Source: Asterias rubens (taxonomy: Eukaryota). Taken from it: a DNA stretch of 64,000 nt. The notes under the pieces are model-generated. The model was not told where the DNA came from. It searched no databases and saw only the letters and a program-made list of their open reading frames with translations. The stretch spans positions 8,556,001-8,620,000 of the forward strand of contig NC_047071.1 of assembly GCF_902459465.1 (NCBI RefSeq). The letters run 5' to 3'. Shown in pieces: positions 12,580 through 24,437 of the stretch. How positions within the stretch are numbered: the stretch's first letter is position 1; each line of letters begins with the position of its first letter. The translations under genes were made by a program, and so were the position numbers.

Positions 12580-13571
12580 GAGTCCACTGGGCCAGCGCCA
12601 GTTGGTGCCAGTTTGCGCCAATGCAATTTACTATGGCGCCTAGTGTCGCCAATAAAGTGCCTAGTGGCGTGTAGTGGCTCAAACTGCCTCCCAACTGGCT
12701 CGTGGTGGCCCGTAACGGCACCAAATTTGAATGTGGCGGCAAGAAAATTTCAAAATGTTAGAAATTTTCGTCGCGCCACTTGCATCGAGCAATCAACGCC
12801 AAGTGTCCGCCAAGTGGCACCAAATGGCGCGAACATATCGCCCTTTGGCGCAAACAATCCGCCTATTGGAATCCACTAGAATGTTGCGCCAATGAGATTT
12901 CACGCTACATGGCGCCACTTGGCGCCACTACGCGCCAAATAATTCCAACAGAGGCGGATAGCCCGCCAAAGCGCGCCAAATGGCTACCGATTGGTGAATA
13001 CTTCGCGCCAAATGCCACCTGGTTGCCCGCCATTCGGCGCAACTTGCCGCCTATAATAGCAGGTCGGCATCGCAGGACTTTCTCACACAGCTTTCAAGAT
13101 TCGACTCGACAACACCTCCACGCAGTTTTTCCATCACAATTTCTTCAAGATTTCACACAATTTTCAACGAAGATGCAGCTGAGGAGGGTCTGAACCAGGT
13201 AGCCGATGGCCGGTATTTATATAGTCGGCAAGTAGCGCCAAGCGGCGGCAAATTCAAACCAATTTGGCGACCTTTGGCACAAACTAATCACCAAGTGGCG
13301 CAAAATAGCCGTCTATTGGCGCGAATGGCGCCAACAGGGTGAATTTTTGCATCAAATGGCCGTGTAATGGCGCGAACTTGCGCGAACTGGCGCAAACTGG
13401 CGCAACATTTTGGAGCAAGCCGGGTGGCATTTGGCGCACGCCATATGGCACACAGTTTATTCCACTTGGCGACACATGCCGAGCGGACATTAATTCGGCA
13501 CCACAGCGAGCCACTACGCGCCAATCACATAATCTTTGGCGCGAACTGGCACCAACTGGCCCAGTGGACTC
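12580..13571. mobile_element. ~990-bp TIR element rich in ggcgc/tggcgccaa subterminal motifs
   Basis: TIR gagtccactgggccag ... ctggcccagtggactc, flanked by ctag on both sides (readable as a 4-bp CTAG or a 2-bp TA TSD). Confidence 0.82.
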
Positions 13572-13579
13572 CTAGCAAT

Positions 13580-13717
13580 AGGCCGAGTTATAGTCGGTCG
13601 CGCGGTGGTCTGGCGATGGAAATCTTGACGCGCGATCATAAAAATACACGGTTTTTAGGCCACCATCTCAGGATTGCTCGCAAGATTTCCCTCGCGCGAC
13701 CGACTATAAACCGGCCT
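13580..13717. mobile_element. Small MITE with a 25-bp TIR aggccg(a/g)(g/t)ttatagtcggtcgcgcg
   Basis: Inverted termini visible directly. Confidence 0.7.
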
Positions 13718-15596
13718 TTAGTGAGAGACAAGGACGATACTTGTTTCATCACCGCAAATACTTTTAAATTGCATTAATCTTTTTTTAAACACAGCACATC
13801 TTCTTAAAATCATAAACGTAAAAAAAAATATATATAAGCCTGAATAAGAATCAGATGCTATGGAAACGTTCACAAGGTAGAGGGTGCACATTCCTTCGTG
13901 TATTTTATGAAGTGATTTTAGATTCGGTGCTAGTTTCTCTTTTGCTGATCTTTGAAACATGTTAAAACCTGCACTACTCTTTAAAGACACTGCATACTAT
14001 TATTAAATACTCTAAATAATTGTTAGCATACAAAATTACTTTGTAACGAGTAAAAAAGAGATGTTTGAAGTATAAAACATTGCGAGAAACGGCTCCCTCG
14101 GAAGTAACGTAGTTTTTGTTTTAAAGAAGTAAGTTCTCACTGTAATATTTGAACTAAATTAGAGACCTCAGCTAAGGTCTCGAAAGGCGTATGAAAGCAC
14201 ACAAGTTGTGTGACAAGGGTGTTTTTTCTGCAATTATGCTCTCGCAACTTCGACGACCATTTGAGTAAAAATTGTCATCTTTCATCTCTGATCTTTGACA
14301 TGTATTATACCAAAAGTTGCAGGTGCTTTTAAAGCAATGAACTGTATAGATGCCAACAATTATATGTTTTGTACATAGTGAAAGATTTAAAATATTTACA
14401 CACAAAATCGTTATGTTTAGATAGTGTGCAAGAATAGTTTATCAAACAGAAATGTTTTTTTTATAGGCCTTTTATATGGTTATATATAATATATAACTAA
14501 ACTACTTTAACTTTTTGTTTCGATTCTAAACTTATGTCCAACATCAACAATTATCAGGTGTTTTCGTGATGCGACCTCCCAATTTAAAAAGGTGTGAAAC
14601 GTGAAACGTCTTGCACCATTACTTGCGCGTAATGCATCTAAACGTATCTGAAAACAACCGGTTATAAACGGCTCCAGCTCGTCTTTATCAACCGTTAAAA
14701 ACCCCCATGTGACGAGCTCTCCACCAATAGGAATAGCGAAACTGTCTGAGGTATTTATGAATAATATATTGTGGCTGTTTATGTTATAAACATGTTGTGT
14801 CCAACGTTCAATTAAACCCACTTCCATTTGCCTCTTTTTGCATTATTGTTTAAAAGTTTTTGAAACAATGAAACGAGTGTATCAGTGAAAAAGAAGAACA
14901 ATTAATTTATGAGTTAAACGTTTAAAAGCTTTTTTAAATTACAGCAGAAAATCAATTGTAAAAATAAAAATTTGTCTGCGTATCATATTCATAAATGATA
15001 AAACATTGTGGAAGTACATTCTTTCTAAAATACCATAAAGGCCTGAACAATTTAATACTTAAACATTGTTTACTTTCAGGACGTCTTTTTGCAGTAAACT
15101 CTTATTCAAAACTTTGATACGATTCTGTTCTTGCCGATTCAGCTGTTTTGTTTGAGATTCCAGTGCCGGTGTCGCAAGGAACTCTGTCCGCCGGAAATTC
15201 TGTCCCCCGTCGTATAGAAAAAACGTGGGCTGAAAGAGGATGATTCAAAAGAGGGCTATCAGATTAAGTTTGTGCATAGTTTACCCATAGATATAGAATT
15301 ATATTCTATATCTGTGAGTTTAACATAAATGAGTGAGCGAATCTCCGGGGGACAAAATCTCCTGGCACAACCGTTATTAAGACGATGATCTCGTTGATAA
15401 AGATGCTCATGATTTTTTTCTGTTAAAAAAGTATACTTTACTATACTGTACTATACTATACTACAAAGGCATTTACAAAGCGCTCTTACAAAAAAATGTA
15501 TCACAGTGCTTTACAATTGTGCTGGTGATCAATATCGATGATGAAGACACCGGTAATGAAACGGTAATGTTGGGTAACAGAGGAGTTTCGACGATT

Positions 15597-16125
15597 TAGA
15601 TGCTTGTGATGCTGTCGACCTATAGATGCTTGTGATGCTGTCGACATAAAATGCTTGTGATGATGTCGACCTACAGATGCTTGTGATGATGATTGTGATG
15701 CTGGCGTCATTTGATTGATGCTGTCGACCTAAGATGCTTGTGATGCTGTCGACTTAAAATGCTTGTGCTTGCTCTCAACATAATATGCTTGTGATACTGT
15801 CGACATAAGATGCTTGTGATGCTGTCGACCTTAGATGCTTGTGATGCTGTCAACCTAAGATGCTTGTAATGATGTCGACGTAAGATTCTCGTGATGCTGT
15901 CGTCTTAAGATGCTTGTGGTGATGTCGACGTAAGATTCTCGTGATGCTGTCGTCTTAAGATGCTTGTGATGCTGTCGATTTGAGACGCATGTGAAACTGT
16001 CAGACTTTAAGGTGCTTGTAAAACTGTCAGACTTAAGATGCCTGTGATGCTGTCGACTTTAAGATGTGTGTGATACTGTCAACGGTTAGATGTTCGTGAT
16101 GCTGTCGACGATTAAGATGCTTGTG
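15597..16125. repeat. ~24-bp minisatellite (gatgcttgtgatgctgtcgacctaa-like), 3' of GPCR gene 3
   Basis: Periodicity visible directly. Confidence 0.88.
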
Positions 16126-16415
16126 ATATTTCTGATAAAAACAAATACACTGACACTGGTGATTATATCAATGATTGAGATGCTGTTATTGAAAATGGTA
16201 GTATTGGTGCCGACGATGGTTATAAACGGTGATCTATTGGTGATGCAACGTGGTACTCTCGTGGTGTCGATGAATGAAGTCGGCATGGTTGTGGTAGTGT
16301 TGAGGTTGCTACTTATCACAATCCCAGGGCAGATTGTTAATTGTTTCTGGTTTTTAAGGTGGTCTATTGGTGTCGATCGAAGATGGTAATGGTGTCATTG
16401 CTGTTGATTGAGACT

Positions 16416-17540
16416 TTATTCATTCTTACGCAATGACAGCAAGAATTTCAGTAAATCTGAAGGTTCTTGTATTTCAGAGTAACGACACGTAATTATCTTC
16501 CACAGTACGACTTGGAACTGTGGGTGGTTGACGGCGTAGATGATCGGGTTTACGCAGCTGTTAAAAGTAGCAATGGTACCTGCGTACAGAACAAACCAAC
16601 GACTAGATGGTATAGAGTGAGAGATGAAGTAAGGAGACAACAACAATGTGAAGATGCAAAACACAAGGAAGAGGTTCTTGGTGATAACTAGTTGCTGACG
16701 GCTGATGGCCTGCCTGGCTTTCCTGGAGACATGCTCAGCATTAGTCACTGAAGACTCCACAGTGGCAACAGTGAACTTGGTGGACGTTTTACCATCCAAA
16801 CCAACCGCTGTGGAGATTGGCTGACTATTATTGTCAGATCTGCTCTTTTTCTGTTTCCTGAAGTGTCGTTTGAGATGGATGTAGATAGCCGTGTAGCAAC
16901 AGATGATGATGAGCATTGGGATTGGTAAAAACCCCAAAGATTGTGCCAGGTTGTATTCAGAGCCTCTAAGCTGATCATCTTTGTCAGTACACGTATGGTC
17001 ATGTGGATCATACCCAATCGCACCTATGCCAAGAAGCAGCGGTAGGAAAAACACAACACACGGGATAACCCAAGTCAATGCGATCATGACGGCTACTTTA
17101 CGCGGGGTGTACCACCAACTGTAGGTGTTCATGGTTTGAGTGATGAGGACCATGCGATTCAAAGCTATGGAGGCCAACGAGTAGATACTTGCACCGATAC
17201 CTGTGTAAACCTGAACGGCGGCGATGACACACAGAACCTCTGACTCCAAAGGCCAGCTTTCGTGGCTCAGCAAAGCTACGCAATTCCACGGGTAGGAGAG
17301 ACTGGTCCAGAAATCAGCCACGCTGAGGTTGACCACGAAGGCGTTGGTCACGGTGCGGAGTTTCTTGGACAGAATGACGGACCAGATGACGAGACTGTTA
17401 CCTACGAGGCCCACAATGGCCACCAAGATTTCAATGCAGGCTATAAAGATGCGAATCTTGTAGGAAATAGGTGACGTGTTGACAGGTGCCCCCGTGGTAT
17501 CATTGAATTGGGTCAGAGAGTCTTCGTCCTTGTTGTTCAT
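16416..17540 (-). CDS. Intronless class A GPCR, cluster gene 3 (374 aa)
   Basis: Full ORF with all cluster 7TM motifs. Confidence 0.94.
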   Translation of the reverse strand: MNNKDEDSLTQFNDTTGAPVNTSPISYKIRIFIACIEILVAIVGLVGNSLVIWSVILSKKLRTVTNAFVVNLSVADFWTSLSYPWNCVALLSHESWPLESEVLCVIAAVQVYTGIGASIYSLASIALNRMVLITQTMNTYSWWYTPRKVAVMIALTWVIPCVVFFLPLLLGIGAIGYDPHDHTCTDKDDQLRGSEYNLAQSLGFLPIPMLIIICCYTAIYIHLKRHFRKQKKSRSDNNSQPISTAVGLDGKTSTKFTVATVESSVTNAEHVSRKARQAISRQQLVITKNLFLVFCIFTLLLSPYFISHSIPSSRWFVLYAGTIATFNSCVNPIIYAVNHPQFQVVLWKIITCRYSEIQEPSDLLKFLLSLRKNE

Positions 17541-17834
17541 TATACCGACAACACAGTGCGTTTGACACCAATACCGGGCTGTGTGAATTATTTCACTGGC
17601 TAATTACTGACAACTTTGTTGGGAATGAAAGGAAAAGTTCGACTTTATGGCATGAAAGAAAACAAATAAGAAAGTTGCATAAGTCACTAGAACACCGTTT
17701 TGCGCACTTCCAATTCATATCAACATATAATGATGCACAGCCGATCGTCGTTTGATTCTAAATATCACGGAAGCATCACAATAGCTTGAATTATTTGACA
17801 CTTTCAAGTTTCGTTCTCGATCTAGTGCTGCATC

Positions 17835-18229
17835 AAAAGGCAGTGGACACTATTGGTAATTACTCGAAATAGTTGTTAGCATAACAACTTACTTGATAAG
17901 CATAGGAGAGCTGTTGGTAGTATAAACCATTGTGAGAAACGACTCCCTCTGAAGTAACGTAGTTTTTGAGAAAGAAGTAATTTTCCAATGAAAGATTTGA
18001 ATTTGATGTCGAGACCTCAGAACTAGATTTTGAGGTCTCGAAATCAAGCATCTGAAAGCACACAACTTCGTGTGACAAGGGTTGTTCTTTCTTCCATTAT
18101 TATCTCGCAACTCCGACGACCAATTGAGTTAAAACTTTCACGGGTTTGTTATTTTGTGCATATGTCGATATACACCAAGTGAGAAGACTGGTCTTTGACA
18201 ATATTACCAATTGTGCTCAGTGTCTTCAA
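17835..18229. mobile_element. MITE family A copy with degraded ends
   Basis: Full-length homology to the other copies. Confidence 0.8.
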
Positions 18230-18423
18230 TATTGTTTTCACTGCATAATATGAACAAACAAAACGACCATGATACAAAGTGAAGCCTTCGTTATTGTACT
18301 CACTATTCGTTCATTCACTCTGTTTTATTGTCACACATATACTGTGAAACTCACTTAGGTTTGCGAATATAAAAAAACATTAAAAGTACAAAAATACACA
18401 AAAACCATGAAGGCTACATAATA

Positions 18424-18795
18424 TTAAAGCCATTGGACACTTTCGGGAAACAGTATTGTCCAAAGGCCCACACTTCGTGTATCGCAACTTCTATATAAAA
18501 TAACTAACCTGTGAAAATTTAGGCTCAATCAGTCAACGGAGTCGGGAGAAAATAACGGGAAAACCCACCCTTGTTTCCGCACGTTTCGCCGTGTCATGAC
18601 ATGTGTTTAAAATAAATCCGTAATTCTCGATATAGAGAATTGATAATTGTTTTAGTGTTTTCTCAAAAAGTAAAGCATTTCATGGAATAATATTTCCAGA
18701 TAAGTCTTTCACCATTACCTTCTGTAAACCCTGTAAGTTATTTGTAAATCTGTGAACTCTTTTGTTTCTGTTCCGAAAGTGTATAATGGCTTTAA
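18424..18795. mobile_element. MITE family B copy
   Basis: Intact TIRs and TTAA at both ends. Confidence 0.87.
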
Positions 18796-19175
18796 AGGAA
18801 CGTCGCAAAATTGGTAAGAAACAAAAATCGTGAAGATCACAGATATACATAAAACTTACATGGTCTAATGATGATGATAGCAGAAACATCCCTTGAAATA
18901 TTTCTGTCTGAAACTTCAAATTTGGTTAGAAAAACATAATGTAATTTCGCGTTTGAAGTTTATCGCTCAGTGAGCGTTTTATTCATTTTTGTTTTAGCGT
19001 CGATGCAATGCAAATTTGTAATCGGTTTTTCACTATTCTCTCGTAACCCAGATGGCCGATCGATCTTGAACTTCTACAGGTTTGTCAGTTTATGTAATTA
19101 TGGTGGATTGCATAAAGTGCTTAGACTGCCAGCAACTGTTTTGCTAGGAAAACAAATTCTGTAATGTTCCTTTAA
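18792..19175. mobile_element. TTAA-flanked MITE family E (TIR aaggaac(g/a)t(t/c)(a/g)ca), sharing a TTAA with the preceding family B copy
   Basis: ttaaaggaacgtcgcaaaatt ... aattctgtaatgttcctttaa; a partial homolog lies at about 24832-24960. Confidence 0.78.
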
Positions 19176-19319
19176 ATAGACATACCGCAAGTTATGAAGA
19201 GATACGGTGCACAAAAGTAAAACAAACTGCAAACCCCTGAAATGTAGCTGTCATGGTGGTATCCCACTGTGCAGCGCAGGTGGGGGGGGGGGGGGGGGGG
19301 GGGGCGGGGGGTGACTTAG

Positions 19320-19491
19320 TAGACTTGATTCAAGTCCCAATCCCGTGAGAGTCCTTTTATTTTCAGTCCCATCGCCTAACATCAGAAAACTCCCCAACCT
19401 GTGCTGCGCCGTGGGGTTCCACCACAACAACTACATTTTGACGGCGGATATTATTAGGGACTACGGGATTACGGGACTTGAGTCAAGTCTA
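19320..19491. mobile_element. Second copy of the tagacttgactcaagtcc-TIR MITE, opposite orientation
   Basis: Same TIRs; internal sequence (cagtcccatcgcctaac, ttttgacggcggata) is the reverse complement of the 2307 copy. Confidence 0.8.
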
Positions 19492-20059
19492 TGTACTCGG
19501 CGGCCTTTGAGTCGAGTCCCCTTTGGCCCAAAGGATTGTTCCGGTACGAAATCTGTATTGAAAATGAAAGCATCAACTGTTGATGGTACATTAAATTTTC
19601 ATACCCACTTCAGCAAACAAAGTTAATATCAATCTTTTGATAACCAAACCTATCACTCAAAAGTACTCTGAAGTATTAACCGATAATATTTTGTATGGAA
19701 AAATGTAAAAGAATATGAAGTGCTTGTAGACTCGCTAGTTTCGCTCCTGTCAATCCTTTGAACCCGTTAAAAATAGCCATTTCATCTCCTCGACAATCGT
19801 ATAAAAGCAGTGAACAATAGATGCCAGTTATGTGTGGTACATTTATTTTAGTACAGTATCAAATGCGTTCATGAGGCGATCTCCTATAATCTAAAGGGAG
19901 TGCACAACATTTTGTATTATAGATAGTATAAAATGTTTATACATTTACTTTTAAGTACACGGTTTAAAGATGCTTAGGTTGGAAAACTTTCCTTAAAGAC
20001 ACTGGTCACCTTTGGTAACACTGTCAAAGACCTATGCATAAAATATATCTGCGAAAGTG

Positions 20060-20446
20060 TTAAAGGCAGTGGACACTATTGGTTATTACTCAAAATAATT
20101 ATTAGCATAAAACCTTTCTTGGTGATGAGCAATGGGGAGAGGTTGATGGTATGAAACATTGTGAGAAACGGCTCCCTCTGAAGTGCCATAGTTTTCGAGA
20201 AAGAAGTAATTTTCCACGAATTTGATTTCGAGACCTCAGGTTTAGAACTTGAGGTCTCGAAATCAACCATCTAAACGCACACAACTTCGCGTGACAAGGG
20301 TGGTTTTTTCTTTCATAATTATCTCGCAAGTTCGATGACCGATTGAGCTCCAATTTTCACAGGTTTGTTATTTTATGCATATGTTGAGATACACCAACTG
20401 TGAAGGCTAGTCTTTGACAATTACCAATAGTGTCCACTACCTTTAA
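20060..20446. mobile_element. MITE family A copy
   Basis: Intact TIRs and TTAA. Confidence 0.88.
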
Positions 20447-21532
20447 CTCAAATGGTCATCGAAGCTGCAAAAAAATAATAAAAGAGCTCAATTGGTCGTC
20501 GAATGTGCGATATATTAATGAAACTATACTAACACCTATAGCAAAAGAAGAGAGGAACCCGGCTTAGTGGCGGGCAGACACTTGTGGGAAACAACCTCCA
20601 CTGGAACATGGGGTGGTTCACAGCATACGATTAGAAGTAAAACAAGCCAAATACCCCGGCAGGGAAAGCCAATAGTGACAGAACTTCACTTTCAAGGTGT
20701 ATGACCATTTATAAACCACGAAAGGACAAAAAAAACACACCCTTGTTTCCCCACGTTTCGCCGTGTCATGACATGTGTTTAAAATAAATCCGTAATTCTC
20801 GCTATCGAGAATTGATATTGTTTTAATGTTTTCTCAAAAAGTAAAGCATTTCATGATTTCATGGAATAATATTTCAAGAGAGGTCTTTCACCATTACCTT
20901 CTGTAAACCCTGTAAGTTATTTGTAAATCTGTGAACTCTTATTTGTTGTTCTGCTCCGAAAGTGTCAAATGACTTTAAACAAGGTCAAACAATTAAACAC
21001 GGAAATCAGCCAATGTATGACAACTATTTCCTGGGGCATAATGCTCGTTGAATAGCCATACATACATTATGTATTCTGTCCTGACAATGTACATGCCGGT
21101 TGTGCTCACAAGCGACAAGTTCAGTTTTAGTATAAAATAACGGTTTCATTGTAGTGCATTTTCATTCGTTTTCTTTATGTTTTCCATTCCAGCTTTTTTT
21201 GGGGAAAACCCCAAATTCAATTGAATGTATGGATCCCCCAAAACGAAATCCAAACTCAATGGTATGGAACTATTTTTCCAGAAGTCCTTTCATTCGTTTT
21301 CTTTATATTTCTTCATCCAGCTTTTTTGGTGGGAAAACCCCCAATTCAATTGAATGTATGCACCAAGGCCGTTCATTGTGCAATATTTGGAGGTACATCG
21401 GCCGGTCGCTTTTATCTTAACAAACTGGAAAATAAATGTACCATTCTTTCTAACATCGTAAAGATTACACTTGATAAAAGTAAAAGCCGAATATTATAAA
21501 ACACATTATTCTAGGAGGGTGCCCTATACATA

Positions 21533-21653
21533 GGGAATAATAGGGTAGCTACTAGTTCTTTCACGGTCGTTTAAAACCTTGCATGGTCGAATTGCCGTGT
21601 GATATAAAGGCATAAACGACCGTGAAAGAACTAGTAGCTACCCTATTATTCCC
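21533..21653. mobile_element. Hairpin/MITE with 41-bp perfect inverted arms
   Basis: gggaataatagggtagctactagttctttcacggtcgttta and its exact reverse complement. Confidence 0.78.
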
Positions 21654-21684
21654 ATTCATAAATACCTTTTTGGTAGCTCAATAT

Positions 21685-22060
21685 GTACTTTCAAAAAACA
21701 AGATTGGCTGCATATATGTACTTCCAAAAAACAATATTTGCTAATGTACTTCCAAAAAACAAGATTGGCTGAATATGTACTTCCAAAAACAAGACTTGCT
21801 AAATTTGTACTAAAAAACAAGATTGGCTGAATATGTACTTCCAAAAAACAAGATTTGCTAAATATGTACTTCCAAAAAACAAGATTGGCTGTATATGTAC
21901 TTTTAAAAACAAGACTTGCTTAATATATACTAAAAAACAAGATTGGCTGAATATGTACTTCCAAAAAACAAGATTGGCCAAATATGTACTTCCAAACAAC
22001 AAGATTTGCTGATTAGAAGATGTACTTCCAAAAACAAGATTCGCTGAATATGTACTTGCG
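21685..22060. repeat. ~31-33-bp minisatellite (aatatgtacttccaaaaaacaagattggctg-like)
   Basis: Periodicity visible directly. Confidence 0.88.
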
Positions 22061-23321
22061 ATGGCACTTATGGGCTTTCGCACAAAGGCGTAACACAGTA
22101 AGAAACTTTGTAAAACTTATCCGTTTCCGAGTGCTTGAGCTCTGTATCACCTCTATGGCATGTTTAGTATACATGTTACATGTACATGTACGATGTCCGT
22201 ACGCTTGTGTTTTCCGGTTCCGTTCGTCCGCATGCGCGTATAGTCTTGGTGCATAATTCGCTGGTTTTCCTTTCACACACAGCGCGGCCAACTCACCGAC
22301 AGCGCCTGCATTGCCTGTAACAAGAAACGTCTTGCATCAAGACTAGCGTGGAGTCTCCGCTCACAACCGGTTATAAACAAAGGTTTCAACACCCCCACGT
22401 GACGCGCTCTCCACCAATAGGAATTGCGAAACTGTCTGAGGTATTTATGAATGGGATTCTTTAATTAATATATTGTTCAAGTTTATTTTAGGCAGGATCT
22501 AACTCCATTTTCCTTCGTGTCTCCTCATTTCACATTATTTAAACCTTTTGTCAAGATTTCCTTTGTGTGTTCTCATAACATTTTCCCCACGCGTGTCCTC
22601 TCCATCTATTGTCAATGATGAAGATGGTGTTAGTGTCATTTATGAAACAATTTCACTGGTGCCGGCGAAGATGTCGATGATAAAAACGCTTGTATTGAAG
22701 ATGTTGTTGCTCTTGATGGTTATAAACTGTGGTTTAATAGTGGTGTAGATCTCGGCAAAGATGGTGGTGGTTTTGCTATGTCCATGGTTACGCATGTGGT
22801 CATCTGTGGTGTAAATGAATGAAGTTGTTGGTAGTGTGTCGATGATATGCTTGTATTGAATATGATAATATTGTTGCTGTCGATGGTTAAACATTTAGTG
22901 GTATTTGGTGTCGCATAAAAAAGATGATAGTGGTGTTTCTTTGTACATGGTTACACAGGTGGTCGTGGTGTCAATGAATTGTTGGTGGTGGTAGTGTCGA
23001 TGTTGGAAGCTTAGTCCTTGTATTGAAGATAGTTTATGTTGCTGTCGATGGTTAAAAAATGTGGTGGTATGTGGTGTCGATCATGACAAAGTTTGTGGTG
23101 GTGTTCATCTGTGGTATCGATGAATGACGTCGGTGGTGGTGGTAGTGTCGATGATGTAAGTGCTTGTATTGAAGATAGTAGTGGTGTCGATCTTCACAAA
23201 GTTTGTGGTGGCGTTGCTATGTCCATGGCTGTACGCAGGTGGTCATAATATGTGGTGCCATCTGTCGATCAATGAGATTGGTGGTAGTAGGTATAGTGTC
23301 GATTGTGTTATTTAACATTTG

Positions 23322-24437
23322 TTAATTCTTTCCCAATGAAAGCAAGAATTTCAGTAAATCTGAAGGCTCCTGTATCTCAGAGTAACGACACGTAACGATC
23401 TGCCGCATTACCACTTTGAACTGTGGGTGGTTGACTGCGTAGATGATGGGGTTTACACAGCTATTAAAAATAGCAACGGTACCTGCGTATACGGCAAACT
23501 TGCGACTGGATGGTATAGCGAGAGAGATAAAATAAGGAGACAGTAACAATGTGAAGATGCAAAACACAAGGAAGAGGTTCTTGGTGATAGCTAGTTGCTG
23601 ACGGCTGATGACCTGCCTGGCTTTCTTGGCGACGTGCTCAGCATTAGTCACTGACGACTCCCCAGTGGCAACAGTAAAACCGGTGGACGTTTCACCATCC
23701 AAACCAACCGCTGTAGAGATTGACTGACTGTTCTTGACAGATCTGCTCTTTTTCTGTTTCCTGAAGTGTCGTTTGAGATGGATGTAGAGTTCCGTGTAGC
23801 AACAGATGATGATGAGCATTGGGACTGGGTATAGACCCAAAGACTGAATCAGGTTGTATTCAGAGCCTCTAAGATGACCATCTTTGTCTGAACATGTGTT
23901 GTCTTGTGGATCGTACCCAAACGCACCAATGCCCAGAATCGGCGGGAGGAAAGTCACAACACACGGGATAACCCAAGTCATTGCGATCATGACGGCTACT
24001 CTACGAGGGGTGTACCAACAGCTGTAAGTGTTCGTGGTTTGAGTGATGAGGACCATACGGTTCAAAGCTATGGAGGCCAAAGTATAAAGACTCGCACCAA
24101 GACCGGTGTAAAACTGCACTGCAGCGATCTGGCAAGGAACTTCGGACTCCAACGGCCAGCCATCGTGGCTCAGTGCGGCGACACAAATCCACGGGTAGGA
24201 GAGACTTGTCCAGAAATCAGCCACGCTGAGATTGACCACGAAGGCGTTGGTCACGGTGCGGAGTTTCTTGGACAGGATGACGGACCAGATGACGAGACTG
24301 TTTCCAACGAGGCCCAGGATGGAGACCAAGATCCACACGCAGGCTAAAGCAATGCGAATATTGTATGAGTAAGGCGACGAAGGTGTCCCCATAGTATCGT
24401 TGATTTGGGGCAGAGAGATTTCCCCCATGTTGTTCAT
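23322..24437 (-). CDS. Intronless class A GPCR, cluster gene 4 (371 aa)
   Basis: Full ORF with all cluster 7TM motifs. Confidence 0.94.
   Translation of the reverse strand: MNNMGEISLPQINDTMGTPSSPYSYNIRIALACVWILVSILGLVGNSLVIWSVILSKKLRTVTNAFVVNLSVADFWTSLSYPWICVAALSHDGWPLESEVPCQIAAVQFYTGLGASLYTLASIALNRMVLITQTTNTYSCWYTPRRVAVMIAMTWVIPCVVTFLPPILGIGAFGYDPQDNTCSDKDGHLRGSEYNLIQSLGLYPVPMLIIICCYTELYIHLKRHFRKQKKSRSVKNSQSISTAVGLDGETSTGFTVATGESSVTNAEHVAKKARQVISRQQLAITKNLFLVFCIFTLLLSPYFISLAIPSSRKFAVYAGTVAIFNSCVNPIIYAVNHPQFKVVMRQIVTCRYSEIQEPSDLLKFLLSLGKN

Noticed and set aside
19281-19310. Poly-G tract as a functional element
   Set aside because: Isolated homopolymer next to a MITE; its length is unreliable in assemblies and there is no supporting context.
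20076-20353. Recurrent short ORFs (e.g. DFETSSSK.EVSKSNSWKITSF) appearing many times as if a conserved gene family
   Set aside because: All are translations of MITE family A copies; frames break inconsistently between copies.
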